Notes under the pieces: model-generated
What the model was told of the DNA's origin: nothing
Seen by the model: only the letters and a program-made list of their open reading frames with translations
Database searches by the model: none
Shown: one piece after another, positions 27,281 to 38,168 of the stretch
How positions within the stretch are numbered: the stretch's first letter is position 1
How the letters are laid out: the number at the start of each line of letters is the position of its first letter
Translations under genes and position numbers: made by a program
DNA from: an uncultured virus (IMG/VR IMGVR_UViG_3300035670_005636)
Taxonomy: Duplodnaviria; Heunggongvirae; Uroviricota; Caudoviricetes
Virus record (IMG/VR): IMGVR_UViG_3300035670_005636
Strand: one strand, 5' to 3'
Length of the DNA stretch: 64,000 nucleotides

Positions 27281-28579
27281 ATGCCAGCAATTGTAAGCAG
27301 TAAATTTAGAGTTCATAATGCCGAACAATTTTACGAAGCCTTCTCGGAGACTTCCAATTCAATCATTTATTTTTATGTCGGAGGTACATCTGCGTTTTCT
27401 AACGATAGTTCACCACCAACACCAACAAATTCAACAGCAAACGTAGAATACTTGCCATGGAGAGACATGATTGGAGCAAAACGTGTAACATCAGCAGATG
27501 TCACGCTTGCTGCGCCAAGATATGATTGGACAACAGGTACAGTTTACGATCAATATGATGATACCGATACAAATTTGGTAGAGTCTGATGATTTTTTTGT
27601 TATGACTGATGAGTATAATGTTTATAAATGTTTGTTTAATAACAGTGGTGCAGCATCAACAGTTAAACCTACAGGCGTAAGTACCGATCAATTTGAAACG
27701 GCTGATGGCTATATTTGGAAATTCATGTTCAAACTTTCAACCGGTGACGCTCTAAAGTTTTTAACAAATGATTATATTCCTGTTAAAATTTTAGCATCCG
27801 ATGATGGATCGGATCAATGGGATGTACAATCAGCAGCAGTTGATGGCGGTATTCATATCGTTAGAGTCACAAGTGGTGGTACAGGTTATGATTCAGGAAC
27901 AGCGACAATTACCATTTCGGGTGACGGCACCGGTGCGACTGCTAACGCAACTGTTTCGGGTGGTGTCATTACGAAAATTACAATTTTAAATAAGGGAACT
28001 GGCTATACAACAGCAACAGTTTCTATCACAGGTGCAAATACTGGCACCGCTGCTGCGACTGCTGTCATCAGCCCCAAAGGTGGACACGGAGCAAATCCAC
28101 CTGAAGAATTGGGTGGCAAATATGTTATGCTGAACGTTCGCATGGATGGCAGTGAAAGTAACACCATTTCAACTGCTAACGAATTTAGAAAAGTTGGTTT
28201 GATCCGAGATCCATATTCTTATGGTACAACAAATAGAGCAACTGCGACAAACATTCGGCAAACGTATCGATACTACATACCAACACCAACAACAAATTAT
28301 AGTTCCGATGAGACTGTAACAGTTGGTAGCAATACTGCAACGGTTGTCGAGTGGGATTCAACGAATAAATATTTGTATACAACAAAGCCTTTAAACAGTG
28401 ATTTTGCAAACGCACAATACGCAGTAGGCGGAACATCTACAGCAAACGGTTTGATTCAAGCTATAAATACTCCAGGATTACAGCCATATACTGGTGACAT
28501 CATGTATACAGAATTTAGAAGCCCAATTTCAAGAGCAGCAGATCAAATTGAAGATGTTAAATTAATTATTCAGTTTTAA
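27281..28579 (+). CDS. 8: baseplate wedge subunit (gp8-like)
   Basis: 'MPAIV.SKFR.HNAEQF', 'YNVYKCL.N', 'DGYIWK.M', 'R.PI.RA.DQ.ED.K.I.QF'. Confidence 0.9.
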   Translation: MPAIVSSKFRVHNAEQFYEAFSETSNSIIYFYVGGTSAFSNDSSPPTPTNSTANVEYLPWRDMIGAKRVTSADVTLAAPRYDWTTGTVYDQYDDTDTNLVESDDFFVMTDEYNVYKCLFNNSGAASTVKPTGVSTDQFETADGYIWKFMFKLSTGDALKFLTNDYIPVKILASDDGSDQWDVQSAAVDGGIHIVRVTSGGTGYDSGTATITISGDGTGATANATVSGGVITKITILNKGTGYTTATVSITGANTGTAAATAVISPKGGHGANPPEELGGKYVMLNVRMDGSESNTISTANEFRKVGLIRDPYSYGTTNRATATNIRQTYRYYIPTPTTNYSSDETVTVGSNTATVVEWDSTNKYLYTTKPLNSDFANAQYAVGGTSTANGLIQAINTPGLQPYTGDIMYTEFRSPISRAADQIEDVKLIIQF

Positions 28580-28606
28580 TTATTCATATAACGGAATAGA
28601 AAAAAT

Positions 28607-31600
28607 ATGTCAGCAAACACAAATCCAGGTGGCGTGGACTTCAATAACAGTCCATATTTTGATGATTATGATGAAGATAAAAAATTTGCAAGGATTTTGT
28701 ATGTTCCTGGTAGAGCGGTTCAAGCAAGAGAACTTACTCAAGCACAAACCATCCAGCAAAAGCAAATTCAAAGATTTGCAAATTATTTCTTCAACGCTGG
28801 ATCAATTCTCGATGGTTGCGAAAACAATCTAGACTATTCCGTTTCTTTCGTAAAACTTCAACCAAATTATAATTCTGAAGAAGTCAACGTATCAAGTTTT
28901 CTTTACAGCGAAGTAATTGGTGCAAATACTGGCATTAAAGCATATGTCGGTATTGTTTCAGATATTGAAAATGATGATCCTAAAACACTATTTGTAAACT
29001 ATACAGCAGTAGGATGTGCAGTCTTAAGTGTCAACGTTGCTTCAAGTTTATTGACAGTTGGAAACACATTAGTATTTCCTAATGGTGGAACTGGTGTTAT
29101 TCGTGCATTCTATACTGATCCTATTTCAAACAGTGCTTATATTTACTTAGGTCAAATTGAAGGTGAACTTGTTGCACCAAATACTGCTAACAGTATTCTA
29201 TCAACTGGTCTCTCAAATACCGTAAACGTCACATCAATTATTGACAAAAGATATACCAGTATTTTTGAAGAAAATGAAACTTTGTTTAGCGCAAATGTTT
29301 TCTCACGCTTTTACGCAAACACTGCAACTGAACGTGCGACATGGTATATCGAGAATGAAGGATTAGCTACACAAAAAATTTATACAAAAGGATCTAAAAT
29401 TACCATCAATGATGGAACATTGTACATTGCGGATCATTTTGTAAAAAATAGTACACAAACAATCATACTTGACAAGTATTCAAATGCTCCATCTTATAAG
29501 ATAGGATTGGTGCCAGAAAAAACAATCATTGATAATATTGACGATACAACTTTGCTTGACAATGCAGCAGGCACACCAAACTTTCAAGCACCGGGCGCAG
29601 ATAGATTAAAGATTGATACCGTGCTTACCAAAGTTCCTTATGGTGAAACAACGGATGATAATGAATTCATTACAATAATGGAAATAGAACGTGGCGTAGT
29701 AAAGAAGAGAAAAATTTCCGGTCTAGAAAGTAAAATGGCTGATGCTATCGCCAAAAGAACATTTGAAGAATCTGGTAATTATACGCTTTCAGATCCTAAA
29801 GTTTTCATTCGTGAGCATTTAGATTTAGGAACAAACAACGGAAGATATTCTGAAGCGGATGGTGGAAGTAATGATCTATTGTCTGTTGAAGTTGACCCTT
29901 TTGTGTCTTATGTTGCAGGATATAGAAATGAATTTATTGTAAAACAAGATGTTGCATTATCTAAAGGTACCGATACTGAGCTAGTTGAACAAATTAAAAT
30001 TCCTGCAAATTACGGAAACTATGTTGAAGTCAACGAAGTTGTTGGTGCATGGGACTTCATGGAAGCAACTTCCGTTGATTTATATAATGCACCACAAAAA
30101 GCAGTTACGAAAACGCTTTATTCAAATACATCAACAAATGGTACAAAAATTGGTACTGCAAAAGTTAGATCAATCGATTATGCTAGTGGAACAGTAGGTA
30201 CAGCAAGCGGAAAATATTACTTATATTTGTTTGATGTTGTGATGAATTCTGGTAACAATTTCGTTGATGTTCGTTCTATTTACGATTCAGCTACACCAAA
30301 TCGATATGCTGACATTGTACTTGATTCAAATGGTAGAGCAGTTATACAAGATCAAAGTTTCGATAAATTAATTTTTGAATTACCCTATGAAGCAACTGAA
30401 ACTATTCGTGATGCTAACGGTAATGTTGAATCTGGATTTAGATTCAAAAAAGAATTTTCTGTAACATTCAACAGTGGTGTTGCAACAATCACATCTACAG
30501 ATTCAAGTGAAACATTTGTAGGAACAGGTGCACTTTCAACAACTCAGAAAAATGAAAATTATTTTGTTATTGTCACAAATTCATCAGCAAATGCAGAAAC
30601 ATCTTCATTAGGTACTGGTACCGTTGCAGCAGCAAGTAGCATGATCACAACTACAGGATCATTTGCTGCTAGATTAAACGTTGATGATTTTATTAAAATC
30701 AATTCTCAAATCCTTCAAGTATCAAGTGTCAATACAACACATATCGTTACAAAAACAACACATACTGCTGGAGCAACATCAAATACAATTACTAAAATTA
30801 TACCTCCAGGATATTATTTTAATTTAAATGGTAACGGTGGTTCTGCTGCAACAAGAACTGTAACTGTATCTTCTCCTGGAACAATTTCAATTGATGTAAA
30901 AGAACCTGCCACATTTACTGCTAGAGTTGTTGCTACAATGGATAGAGCAAACGCTAGAGAAATGTTGAAGATTTTAAACTATCAAGCAACTGCTAATATC
31001 AATCCTTCAACACACACGAATGGATTTAGCGGGCCTTATAGTTTAGGAAAGGCCGATGCATACAGACTTCATGCAATCTACGAGTCAGGAAGTTTTTCTG
31101 CTAACGCTACAACTTCTGATACAAATGTAACATCAAATTATGACTTTGATAACGGTCAACGTGACAATAGTTATGAACATGCGACAATTAAACCAAAACT
31201 TGGCATTGTTCCAGCAGGAAGACTATTAGCAGTATTTGATCATTTTACACATGATATATCGCAAGGTGTTGGATATTTATCGGTAGATTCATATCCTGTG
31301 AATGATACTACAACATCTAATACTACTATTCTAACAACTAACATTCCAAAATATACAAGCCCAAGAACCGGTATTACATACAATCTTAGAGACTGTATAG
31401 ATTTTAGACCTATTAAAACTGCTGCATCATCTACGTTGAATCCAGTAGATCCTGGTACATATCAGACACCCACTGGTGGCATACATTTTCCAAAAGTTGA
31501 TGAAGACTTTGAGGCTGATGCATCCTTCTACAAATCAAGAATTTCTAGATTGTATATTGACGAGGAAGGCAATTTAGGAATCAATAGCGGGCAATCGAAA

Positions 31601-34600
31601 AGATTTAAACCAACTCCACCACCAACACTTCCTAATACGATGGACTTGGTTGAATTCATTATTCCTCCATATCCTTCTACACCGTCTACCGTTGTAACAC
31701 GATTATTAAAAAACAAACGATATACTATGAAAGACGTTGGTAGAATTGAAGCAAGAGTTGAAAAACTGGAATACTATACATCATTAAATTTACTTGAACG
31801 AATTGCTGCTGAAAAAAGCGTCATTGATGAAGAAGGTATAGATCGATTTAAAAATGGAATTCTTGTTGATCCTTTTATAGGATATTCTGTTGCTGATGTG
31901 ACACTGCCAACATATAAAGCTGCGATAAATCGTGAGGAAAAATATGCTACAGCATATGCAAATAATGAAAATCAAGTGAAGCTGGTATTCAATTCGACAT
32001 CATCTTCTGGAGTTACAAAAACTCCAGGTAATAAACTGATGTTAAATTATACAACTGAAAATTTTATTAATCAGCCTTTTGCGTCACAATCATTAAATTG
32101 TGCACAGGAATTGTCATTTAACTGGACAGGAACAATGGAAGTTTATCCTCCGTCAGATAATTGGATGGATACGGTTAGAGACACCTCGAAAACGCTTGTT
32201 ATTGATAATTCAGGTGAACTTGATAATTGGAAAGCATTGTCTGATGCATGGAATACAGTTGTTTCTCCATTGAATAAAAATTGGGTTGGACTACCACCTC
32301 TAGTCACTACAGAATCATTTACAGAATCATCAACAAGCAACTTTGTTGAACAAAGAGGCAACATCGTTGTAAATCGTGCTGTCACATCATCCGAAATTGT
32401 GACTCGTCAAGTAACGACTCAAAGATCCGACGAGTTCATACAAAAATCTGAAGTCACATCTGGTGCTCTTCAAACACAAAGTGCTGATCGTGTTGTAGAC
32501 GTTTCGATTTCACATCACATGCGCCCAAGAGATTTTGTTTTCAAAGCAACAGGAATGAAACCTGGAGCAAGATTGTATGCATTTTTTGATGGTATCGATG
32601 TGACACAGTATTGTCAACAAATAAAATTATTAGGTAACTATACCATTCAAAATTTATCTGAACAAGTTGACAACAATGGTAAAATCTTATCTGCTGCAAA
32701 TAATGTGTATTACACACAGCTAAGTTCTGGGCTTCTTCGTACCAATGAAAATTATGAAATTGTTGGAATCTTTAGTGTTCCTTCTAAAAAGTTTAACGTT
32801 GGCTTGAGAGAGTTTAAAGTTACTGCAAGTAATACCAATATAGAAAATACAGGAACAACAACATTTGCTAAGACTGCAATACAATCATCGGGGCTTACAC
32901 AAACAAAAAGTGAAACTGTTGTTAATACTAGACCATCAAATATCAACTTCAATAATCCTAATCTTAGAGAAATTGTTGGTCAAAGAGCATCAGGACCATC
33001 ATCAGTTGAAATTGAAAGAAGAAGAGTTTCCGATGTTACGAATGAGACTTTGATAGCAACTATACCTCCACCTGCAAACACAACAAATGTTGTAAATAAT
33101 AATACTGTAAATAATACAACTATAGTAAATGCCGCACAGCAAACAACTACTAGAGAGGCTTTGGAAAGATTTGCTGAACAACGAGCAGCGGCCGAGCGTG
33201 AGAATCAAAGAATTCTGGCAGCCCTGCGGGAAACACAGGCAATCGAGCGGGAACGTGCTCGGGCAGCCCGTGCCGCGGGGACTGCTGCAACCCAAAACGA
33301 TCCTCTTTCACAAAGTTTCTATGTTGATGAGTTTTCATATCCTGATGGTGTATATGTGACATCTATCGATTTATTTTTTAGAACAAAATCAAGTGATCCT
33401 AATCTAGGTGTCTCAGTGGCGATTCGTGAAATGTCAAATGGATTTCCAACAAGAAAAACAATAGGTAATGAAATTTCAAGAAAAACATCATCTCAGATTT
33501 CAATAAGTGAAGATGCTTCTTCAGCAACAACATTTACATTTGTTAATCCAATATACCTTCTACCTGGTCAGGAGTACTGCTTTCTCGTAATGCCTGAAGG
33601 AAATTCTACTGATTTTGAACTTTGGGTTGCCGAACTTGGTAAGATTGACATTACGAATCCATCATTGAATACAAGAATTGATAAAAATAATGCACTCACT
33701 GCAGGTGTTCTGTTTACAAGTTCAAACGATTCTACGTGGACACCTAGACAAAATCTAGATATTAAATTTGTTATGAAAAATGCTGTATTTGATACTGAAT
33801 CAACCGGGACAGCAATATTTAATAACATAGGTGTTTCAGACAATTTTGGTTATCTTGCAGTTCAGCCAATTATTGAAGATTTGACTCCTAATTTTACCGC
33901 TATAACATATCAGATTAAAACAATTAGTTCCGCTTACGTTGCAGACAGCTACACTTTGTTTAAGAATTTAGATCGAATTGAATATGGTAGTAAAAGATAT
34001 ATTGCAAATACGACAAACGAAACCGCACAGACTCTTAAGTCGCTAACAATCAATGCGTCGATGAGTACAGCAAGTCGATACATAACGCCTTATATTGATT
34101 TGACAAGAGGTAATGCTGCATTTGAAGATTATGTTATTAATTCTTCAACATCAAATACTGCAACAGGAACGGTAACATATTCAGCATCATCAAATGTCGT
34201 TGTTGGTTCTGGTACATCATTCAATACTGAAATCAGCCCTGGGCAATATGTATACTTTGGTAATGATCAATATCGATTTATTGCAAACGTTGCTAACGCA
34301 ACCTATATGATAGTTGCAACACCATTTATCGAAGCAAACAGCGAAAGTCAGACAATTACATACAATAACGAAGAGAATCCTAGTGGACCTTACATTTCAA
34401 GCAGCAGATATATTAGTAGGCGAGTTGCGTTGAATGACGGCTTTGAAGCAAGTGATCTTGTTGTATACTTAGATGTAAATCGCCCTGGTGGTTCCGATGT
34501 TAAAGTTTATTACAAGATTCTAAATGAAAATGACGTTGATTCGTTTGATGATAAATTCTATTATGAAATGGAAATATCTGGAGCTAAAACGTTTACTGAT

Positions 34601-35020
34601 AATCCTAAAAAATATGTTGAAGAAAAATATGTTGTTCCTACATCTATAAAGACTGGTGGAACTTATCTTCTAACAGGTAATGTTATCATTTCAACATCAA
34701 ATACCGACGTTATAGGTAATGGTACAAGATTTACTGAAGATTTAAGAATCGGAGATACGGTAGCAGTTGGTGAAGATAGAACTCAGCGTGTCGTTTCAAA
34801 CATTGTAAATAATACATTTTTGACAGTAGAAAGCGCATTTACTTCAACTGCTGCTACACAAGATATATTTAAGGTTCTAAATAACTCAATTCAGTATACG
34901 ACACCAGATAACCGTGTATTCAGTGGATTCAAATATTTTGCAATCAAAATTGTATTTTTATCTTCATCGGATTCATCCATTCCAAGAACAAAAAATCTAA
35001 GGGCATTGGCACTAGCATGA
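28607..35020 (+). CDS. large virion structural protein (DUF4815/VrlC-like)
   Basis: 'N.SPYFDDYDE.K.F.RIL..PGRAVQARELTQ.Q', 'APGADRLKI', 'RYTMKD.G..E.R...LEYYTSL', 'DPLSQSF', 'FAIKIV'. Confidence 0.85.
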   Translation: MSANTNPGGVDFNNSPYFDDYDEDKKFARILYVPGRAVQARELTQAQTIQQKQIQRFANYFFNAGSILDGCENNLDYSVSFVKLQPNYNSEEVNVSSFLYSEVIGANTGIKAYVGIVSDIENDDPKTLFVNYTAVGCAVLSVNVASSLLTVGNTLVFPNGGTGVIRAFYTDPISNSAYIYLGQIEGELVAPNTANSILSTGLSNTVNVTSIIDKRYTSIFEENETLFSANVFSRFYANTATERATWYIENEGLATQKIYTKGSKITINDGTLYIADHFVKNSTQTIILDKYSNAPSYKIGLVPEKTIIDNIDDTTLLDNAAGTPNFQAPGADRLKIDTVLTKVPYGETTDDNEFITIMEIERGVVKKRKISGLESKMADAIAKRTFEESGNYTLSDPKVFIREHLDLGTNNGRYSEADGGSNDLLSVEVDPFVSYVAGYRNEFIVKQDVALSKGTDTELVEQIKIPANYGNYVEVNEVVGAWDFMEATSVDLYNAPQKAVTKTLYSNTSTNGTKIGTAKVRSIDYASGTVGTASGKYYLYLFDVVMNSGNNFVDVRSIYDSATPNRYADIVLDSNGRAVIQDQSFDKLIFELPYEATETIRDANGNVESGFRFKKEFSVTFNSGVATITSTDSSETFVGTGALSTTQKNENYFVIVTNSSANAETSSLGTGTVAAASSMITTTGSFAARLNVDDFIKINSQILQVSSVNTTHIVTKTTHTAGATSNTITKIIPPGYYFNLNGNGGSAATRTVTVSSPGTISIDVKEPATFTARVVATMDRANAREMLKILNYQATANINPSTHTNGFSGPYSLGKADAYRLHAIYESGSFSANATTSDTNVTSNYDFDNGQRDNSYEHATIKPKLGIVPAGRLLAVFDHFTHDISQGVGYLSVDSYPVNDTTTSNTTILTTNIPKYTSPRTGITYNLRDCIDFRPIKTAASSTLNPVDPGTYQTPTGGIHFPKVDEDFEADASFYKSRISRLYIDEEGNLGINSGQSKRFKPTPPPTLPNTMDLVEFIIPPYPSTPSTVVTRLLKNKRYTMKDVGRIEARVEKLEYYTSLNLLERIAAEKSVIDEEGIDRFKNGILVDPFIGYSVADVTLPTYKAAINREEKYATAYANNENQVKLVFNSTSSSGVTKTPGNKLMLNYTTENFINQPFASQSLNCAQELSFNWTGTMEVYPPSDNWMDTVRDTSKTLVIDNSGELDNWKALSDAWNTVVSPLNKNWVGLPPLVTTESFTESSTSNFVEQRGNIVVNRAVTSSEIVTRQVTTQRSDEFIQKSEVTSGALQTQSADRVVDVSISHHMRPRDFVFKATGMKPGARLYAFFDGIDVTQYCQQIKLLGNYTIQNLSEQVDNNGKILSAANNVYYTQLSSGLLRTNENYEIVGIFSVPSKKFNVGLREFKVTASNTNIENTGTTTFAKTAIQSSGLTQTKSETVVNTRPSNINFNNPNLREIVGQRASGPSSVEIERRRVSDVTNETLIATIPPPANTTNVVNNNTVNNTTIVNAAQQTTTREALERFAEQRAAAERENQRILAALRETQAIERERARAARAAGTAATQNDPLSQSFYVDEFSYPDGVYVTSIDLFFRTKSSDPNLGVSVAIREMSNGFPTRKTIGNEISRKTSSQISISEDASSATTFTFVNPIYLLPGQEYCFLVMPEGNSTDFELWVAELGKIDITNPSLNTRIDKNNALTAGVLFTSSNDSTWTPRQNLDIKFVMKNAVFDTESTGTAIFNNIGVSDNFGYLAVQPIIEDLTPNFTAITYQIKTISSAYVADSYTLFKNLDRIEYGSKRYIANTTNETAQTLKSLTINASMSTASRYITPYIDLTRGNAAFEDYVINSSTSNTATGTVTYSASSNVVVGSGTSFNTEISPGQYVYFGNDQYRFIANVANATYMIVATPFIEANSESQTITYNNEENPSGPYISSSRYISRRVALNDGFEASDLVVYLDVNRPGGSDVKVYYKILNENDVDSFDDKFYYEMEISGAKTFTDNPKKYVEEKYVVPTSIKTGGTYLLTGNVIISTSNTDVIGNGTRFTEDLRIGDTVAVGEDRTQRVVSNIVNNTFLTVESAFTSTAATQDIFKVLNNSIQYTTPDNRVFSGFKYFAIKIVFLSSSDSSIPRTKNLRALALA

Positions 35021-35250
35021 GTAAAATTAAAATGAAAGAGGTTGTAGGTGGATTTACTGAACGTGACAGTAATTCGAAAGCATTACTAAATACTGATAAG
35101 GATTCTTTACTGAAATATAAAATACAAAAAAGAATTCGATCCGAAACAAATTTTGAAATTGAATCAGTAAAGCGTGATGTCGTGCTAATGAAAAATGAAC
35201 TTTCTGAAATCAAAGAGTTGCTTTTAAGTATCGCAAAACCTAGAGAGTAA
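35017..35250 (+). CDS. hypothetical coiled-coil protein
   Basis: 'RD.NSKALLNTD' plus C-terminal heptads 'ELSEIKELL'; overlaps the upstream stop. Confidence 0.7.
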   Translation: MSKIKMKEVVGGFTERDSNSKALLNTDKDSLLKYKIQKRIRSETNFEIESVKRDVVLMKNELSEIKELLLSIAKPRE

Positions 35251-35270
35251 AATCAAGAGAGTAATCTAAC

Positions 35271-37175
35271 ATGCCAATTGCAAATGTAGCGTTATCAAAT
35301 ACCTTCAATGAGTTTCGATCAACGACAAATTCTGTCATCACGGAAGTTAATAAACTTTCTGACGGAACTGCTGTTCTAGTTGTTGATGCGATTACCGCAA
35401 ATACATTCACTGGCGTATCTTCAGACTTAAACATTTCAGCTAACACAGGCACCGATGTAGTTTCTTTAGTTACTGAATCACTTCGAATTGTTGGTACAAA
35501 TGGTATATCAACGTCAATAGCATCTTCATCGAATACCATTAATGTTGATTTGAACACTTCAGGTGTTACATCTGGAACATACGGTAGTGCATCTCAAGTT
35601 CCTACATTGGTCATTGATGCACAAGGTCGTGTGACAAGTGCAGCGAATGTAAACGTTGCAGGTGTTTCAGCATTCAATTATCACAGCGGTAATGCTAACT
35701 TTCAAATTGCTACAGCAGACGGCGGATCATTTACAGCAAGTATTGGTCAAGATTTAGGCACAAGTGCAAGTGTAACATTTCAAGATTTGTCTGTTACAGG
35801 TAATGTCACATTTACTGGTAATGTTATTTCCGTTACAGCGAACAATTTTGTTGTTGAAGATAATATTATACAGATCGGTAAGAATAATCTCACTGACGTA
35901 GTTGATTTAGGATTTTTAGGTCATTATTATAGTGGCGCCAATTTACATGCAGGTCTGTTCAGAGATGCGACAGATGGCGTATGGAAGTTTTTTGATAATT
36001 ATACTGTAGAACCTGGATCAAATACAAACATAGATGTTTCAGGATCAGGTTTTAGATTTGCCAATCTGACTGCGAATAATATTACAGCAAATGGTACGTT
36101 TTATGGATCATTAACTGGTGTAGCAGCAGTTGCTACGGTAGCAAACACATCTACACTTACAGCAGATAATACAACAAATGCTACAAATTATTTAACATTT
36201 GTAAATGCTGCAACTGGCAATCAAGCACTGAGAACTGATATAGGATTAAGTTTTAATCCAAGTACAAATACGCTAACAACTTCAAAATTTACTTTGCCTG
36301 GAAGTACAAGCGGTAACATAACTATTCAAGCAACTGCAACGGCAGGAACAACAACAATAACATTTCCTGCAACAACTGGCACTGTAATTACTACAGGCGA
36401 TAGCGGAACTGTTACTTCAACGATGATTGCTGACGGCACAATCGTCAACGGTGACATCAGTGCATCAGCAGCAATTGCAACGAGTAAAATTTCTGGTCTT
36501 GCTACATCAGCAACAACTGATACAACAAACGCTAACAATATTTCTTCGGGCACACTACCAGGCGCTAGAGGCGTAACAGCAGGATCGGCTTCAGCATCTT
36601 TTATCACATACAACGGAACAACAAAAACATCTGGGCAATTTGATGGCGGTTCAACAGCGCCAACAAACACAACAAGATTGAACTATGATGGAAATCTCTA
36701 CGCAACAAACTTTTTTGGAAATGGTTCAAATCTAACAGGTATTTCAAGTGGTTTGACTGTAAGTGATGATACATCAACAAATGCAACGAGGTATTTAACA
36801 TTTACGGATCAAACTTCAGGCACAGAAACAACAGCATTCATATCATCAACAAAACTTTATTTTAATCCATCGACTGGCACATTGAATGCTACAGTGTTCA
36901 ATTCATTGTCCGATGAAACACTTAAAAAGAACATTACAAAAATTACAAATGCAACTGATTTGATTTCATTGCTTGATGGTGTAGAATTTGAATGGGCAGA
37001 AAATGGCACCAAATCTTCTGGTTTGATTGCTCAATGGATTGAAAAGATTGTGCCTCATCTTGTTTCCAGCGGTGATAGTGAAATTAAAACAGTTAATTAT
37101 TCAGGTCTCATTGCATATTTGGTTGAAGCGGTCAAAGAGTTAAATGAGCGTGTGAAAAAGTTAGAGAGCAAATAA
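35271..37175 (+). CDS. tail fibre with C-terminal intramolecular chaperone (peptidase S74-like) domain
   Basis: Ser/Thr/Gly-rich fibre modules; C-terminal 'SDETLKKNI...GLIAQ..E...P.LV...VNY.GLIA.LVEAVKEL'. Confidence 0.88.
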   Translation: MPIANVALSNTFNEFRSTTNSVITEVNKLSDGTAVLVVDAITANTFTGVSSDLNISANTGTDVVSLVTESLRIVGTNGISTSIASSSNTINVDLNTSGVTSGTYGSASQVPTLVIDAQGRVTSAANVNVAGVSAFNYHSGNANFQIATADGGSFTASIGQDLGTSASVTFQDLSVTGNVTFTGNVISVTANNFVVEDNIIQIGKNNLTDVVDLGFLGHYYSGANLHAGLFRDATDGVWKFFDNYTVEPGSNTNIDVSGSGFRFANLTANNITANGTFYGSLTGVAAVATVANTSTLTADNTTNATNYLTFVNAATGNQALRTDIGLSFNPSTNTLTTSKFTLPGSTSGNITIQATATAGTTTITFPATTGTVITTGDSGTVTSTMIADGTIVNGDISASAAIATSKISGLATSATTDTTNANNISSGTLPGARGVTAGSASASFITYNGTTKTSGQFDGGSTAPTNTTRLNYDGNLYATNFFGNGSNLTGISSGLTVSDDTSTNATRYLTFTDQTSGTETTAFISSTKLYFNPSTGTLNATVFNSLSDETLKKNITKITNATDLISLLDGVEFEWAENGTKSSGLIAQWIEKIVPHLVSSGDSEIKTVNYSGLIAYLVEAVKELNERVKKLESK

Positions 37176-37178
37176 AAA

Positions 37179-38168
37179 ATGACATATAGTGTTAATGGCA
37201 TAACAGTCATTGATATCAGTAAGAACGCTACATTTACAAGTGCAAATGTGGTTGGTAGTGTAGGATTTGCTGCAACTGATGGCGGTTTTCAAGGTGTAGT
37301 GAGTGGATATACAAGTGGTGGATATGCACCAACACCCACCAACGTCATAGACAAGTTTCCTTTTGCTTCAAATGCAAATGCTACAGACGTTGGTGATTTG
37401 ACTGTGGCTAGATTCTATGTAGCAGGCCAATCTTCAACAGTTTCTGGCTATACAAGCGGAGGAGTTTCTGGGGCAACAAGGTATAATGTCATCGACAAGT
37501 TTCCTTTTGCGTCAAACGCTAACGCTACAGACGTTGGTGATTTGACTCAGGTTAGACAGGGTCCAGCAAGCCAATCTTCAACAGTTTCAGGCTATTCAAG
37601 TGGTGGTTTTGTACCACCAGCTACCAACGTCATTGACAAGTTTCCTTTTGCATCAAATGCAAATGCTACAGATGTTGGTGATTTGAGTGTGGTGGGTAGA
37701 TATGGTTCAGTAGGGCAGTCTTCATTAATTTCCGGTTATACAAGTGGTGGTGCTATAGCACCACTTGGCAGTTTATCCAACGTCATTGACAAGTTTCCTT
37801 TTGCATCGGACGCTAACGCTACAGATGTTGGTGATTTGAGTCAGACTAGATCATATGCAGCAGGTCAATCTTCAACAGTTTCTGGTTATACGAATGGTGC
37901 TTTGATTGCCCCAGGACCCAGCAACGTCATTGACAAGTTTCCTTTTGCGACAGATGGTAATGCTACTGATGTTGGTGATTTGACTGTGGCTAGATACCTT
38001 GCAGCAGGACAATCTTCAACAGTTTCAGGTTATACGAGTGGTGGTAAACCGGCGCCATCCACTACAACTAACGTCATTGACAAGTTTCCTTTTGCATCGG
38101 ACGCTAACGCTACAGATGTTGGTGATTTGAGTCAGGGTAGATATGCTTCAGCAGGTCAACAAGATTAA
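37179..38168 (+). CDS. six-repeat Kelch-like beta-propeller protein, paralogue 1
   Basis: 6 x ~47-aa 'GYTSGG-x-NVIDKFPFASNANATDVGDLT-x-R-x-AGQSSTVS' repeats. Confidence 0.8.
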   Translation: MTYSVNGITVIDISKNATFTSANVVGSVGFAATDGGFQGVVSGYTSGGYAPTPTNVIDKFPFASNANATDVGDLTVARFYVAGQSSTVSGYTSGGVSGATRYNVIDKFPFASNANATDVGDLTQVRQGPASQSSTVSGYSSGGFVPPATNVIDKFPFASNANATDVGDLSVVGRYGSVGQSSLISGYTSGGAIAPLGSLSNVIDKFPFASDANATDVGDLSQTRSYAAGQSSTVSGYTNGALIAPGPSNVIDKFPFATDGNATDVGDLTVARYLAAGQSSTVSGYTSGGKPAPSTTTNVIDKFPFASDANATDVGDLSQGRYASAGQQD

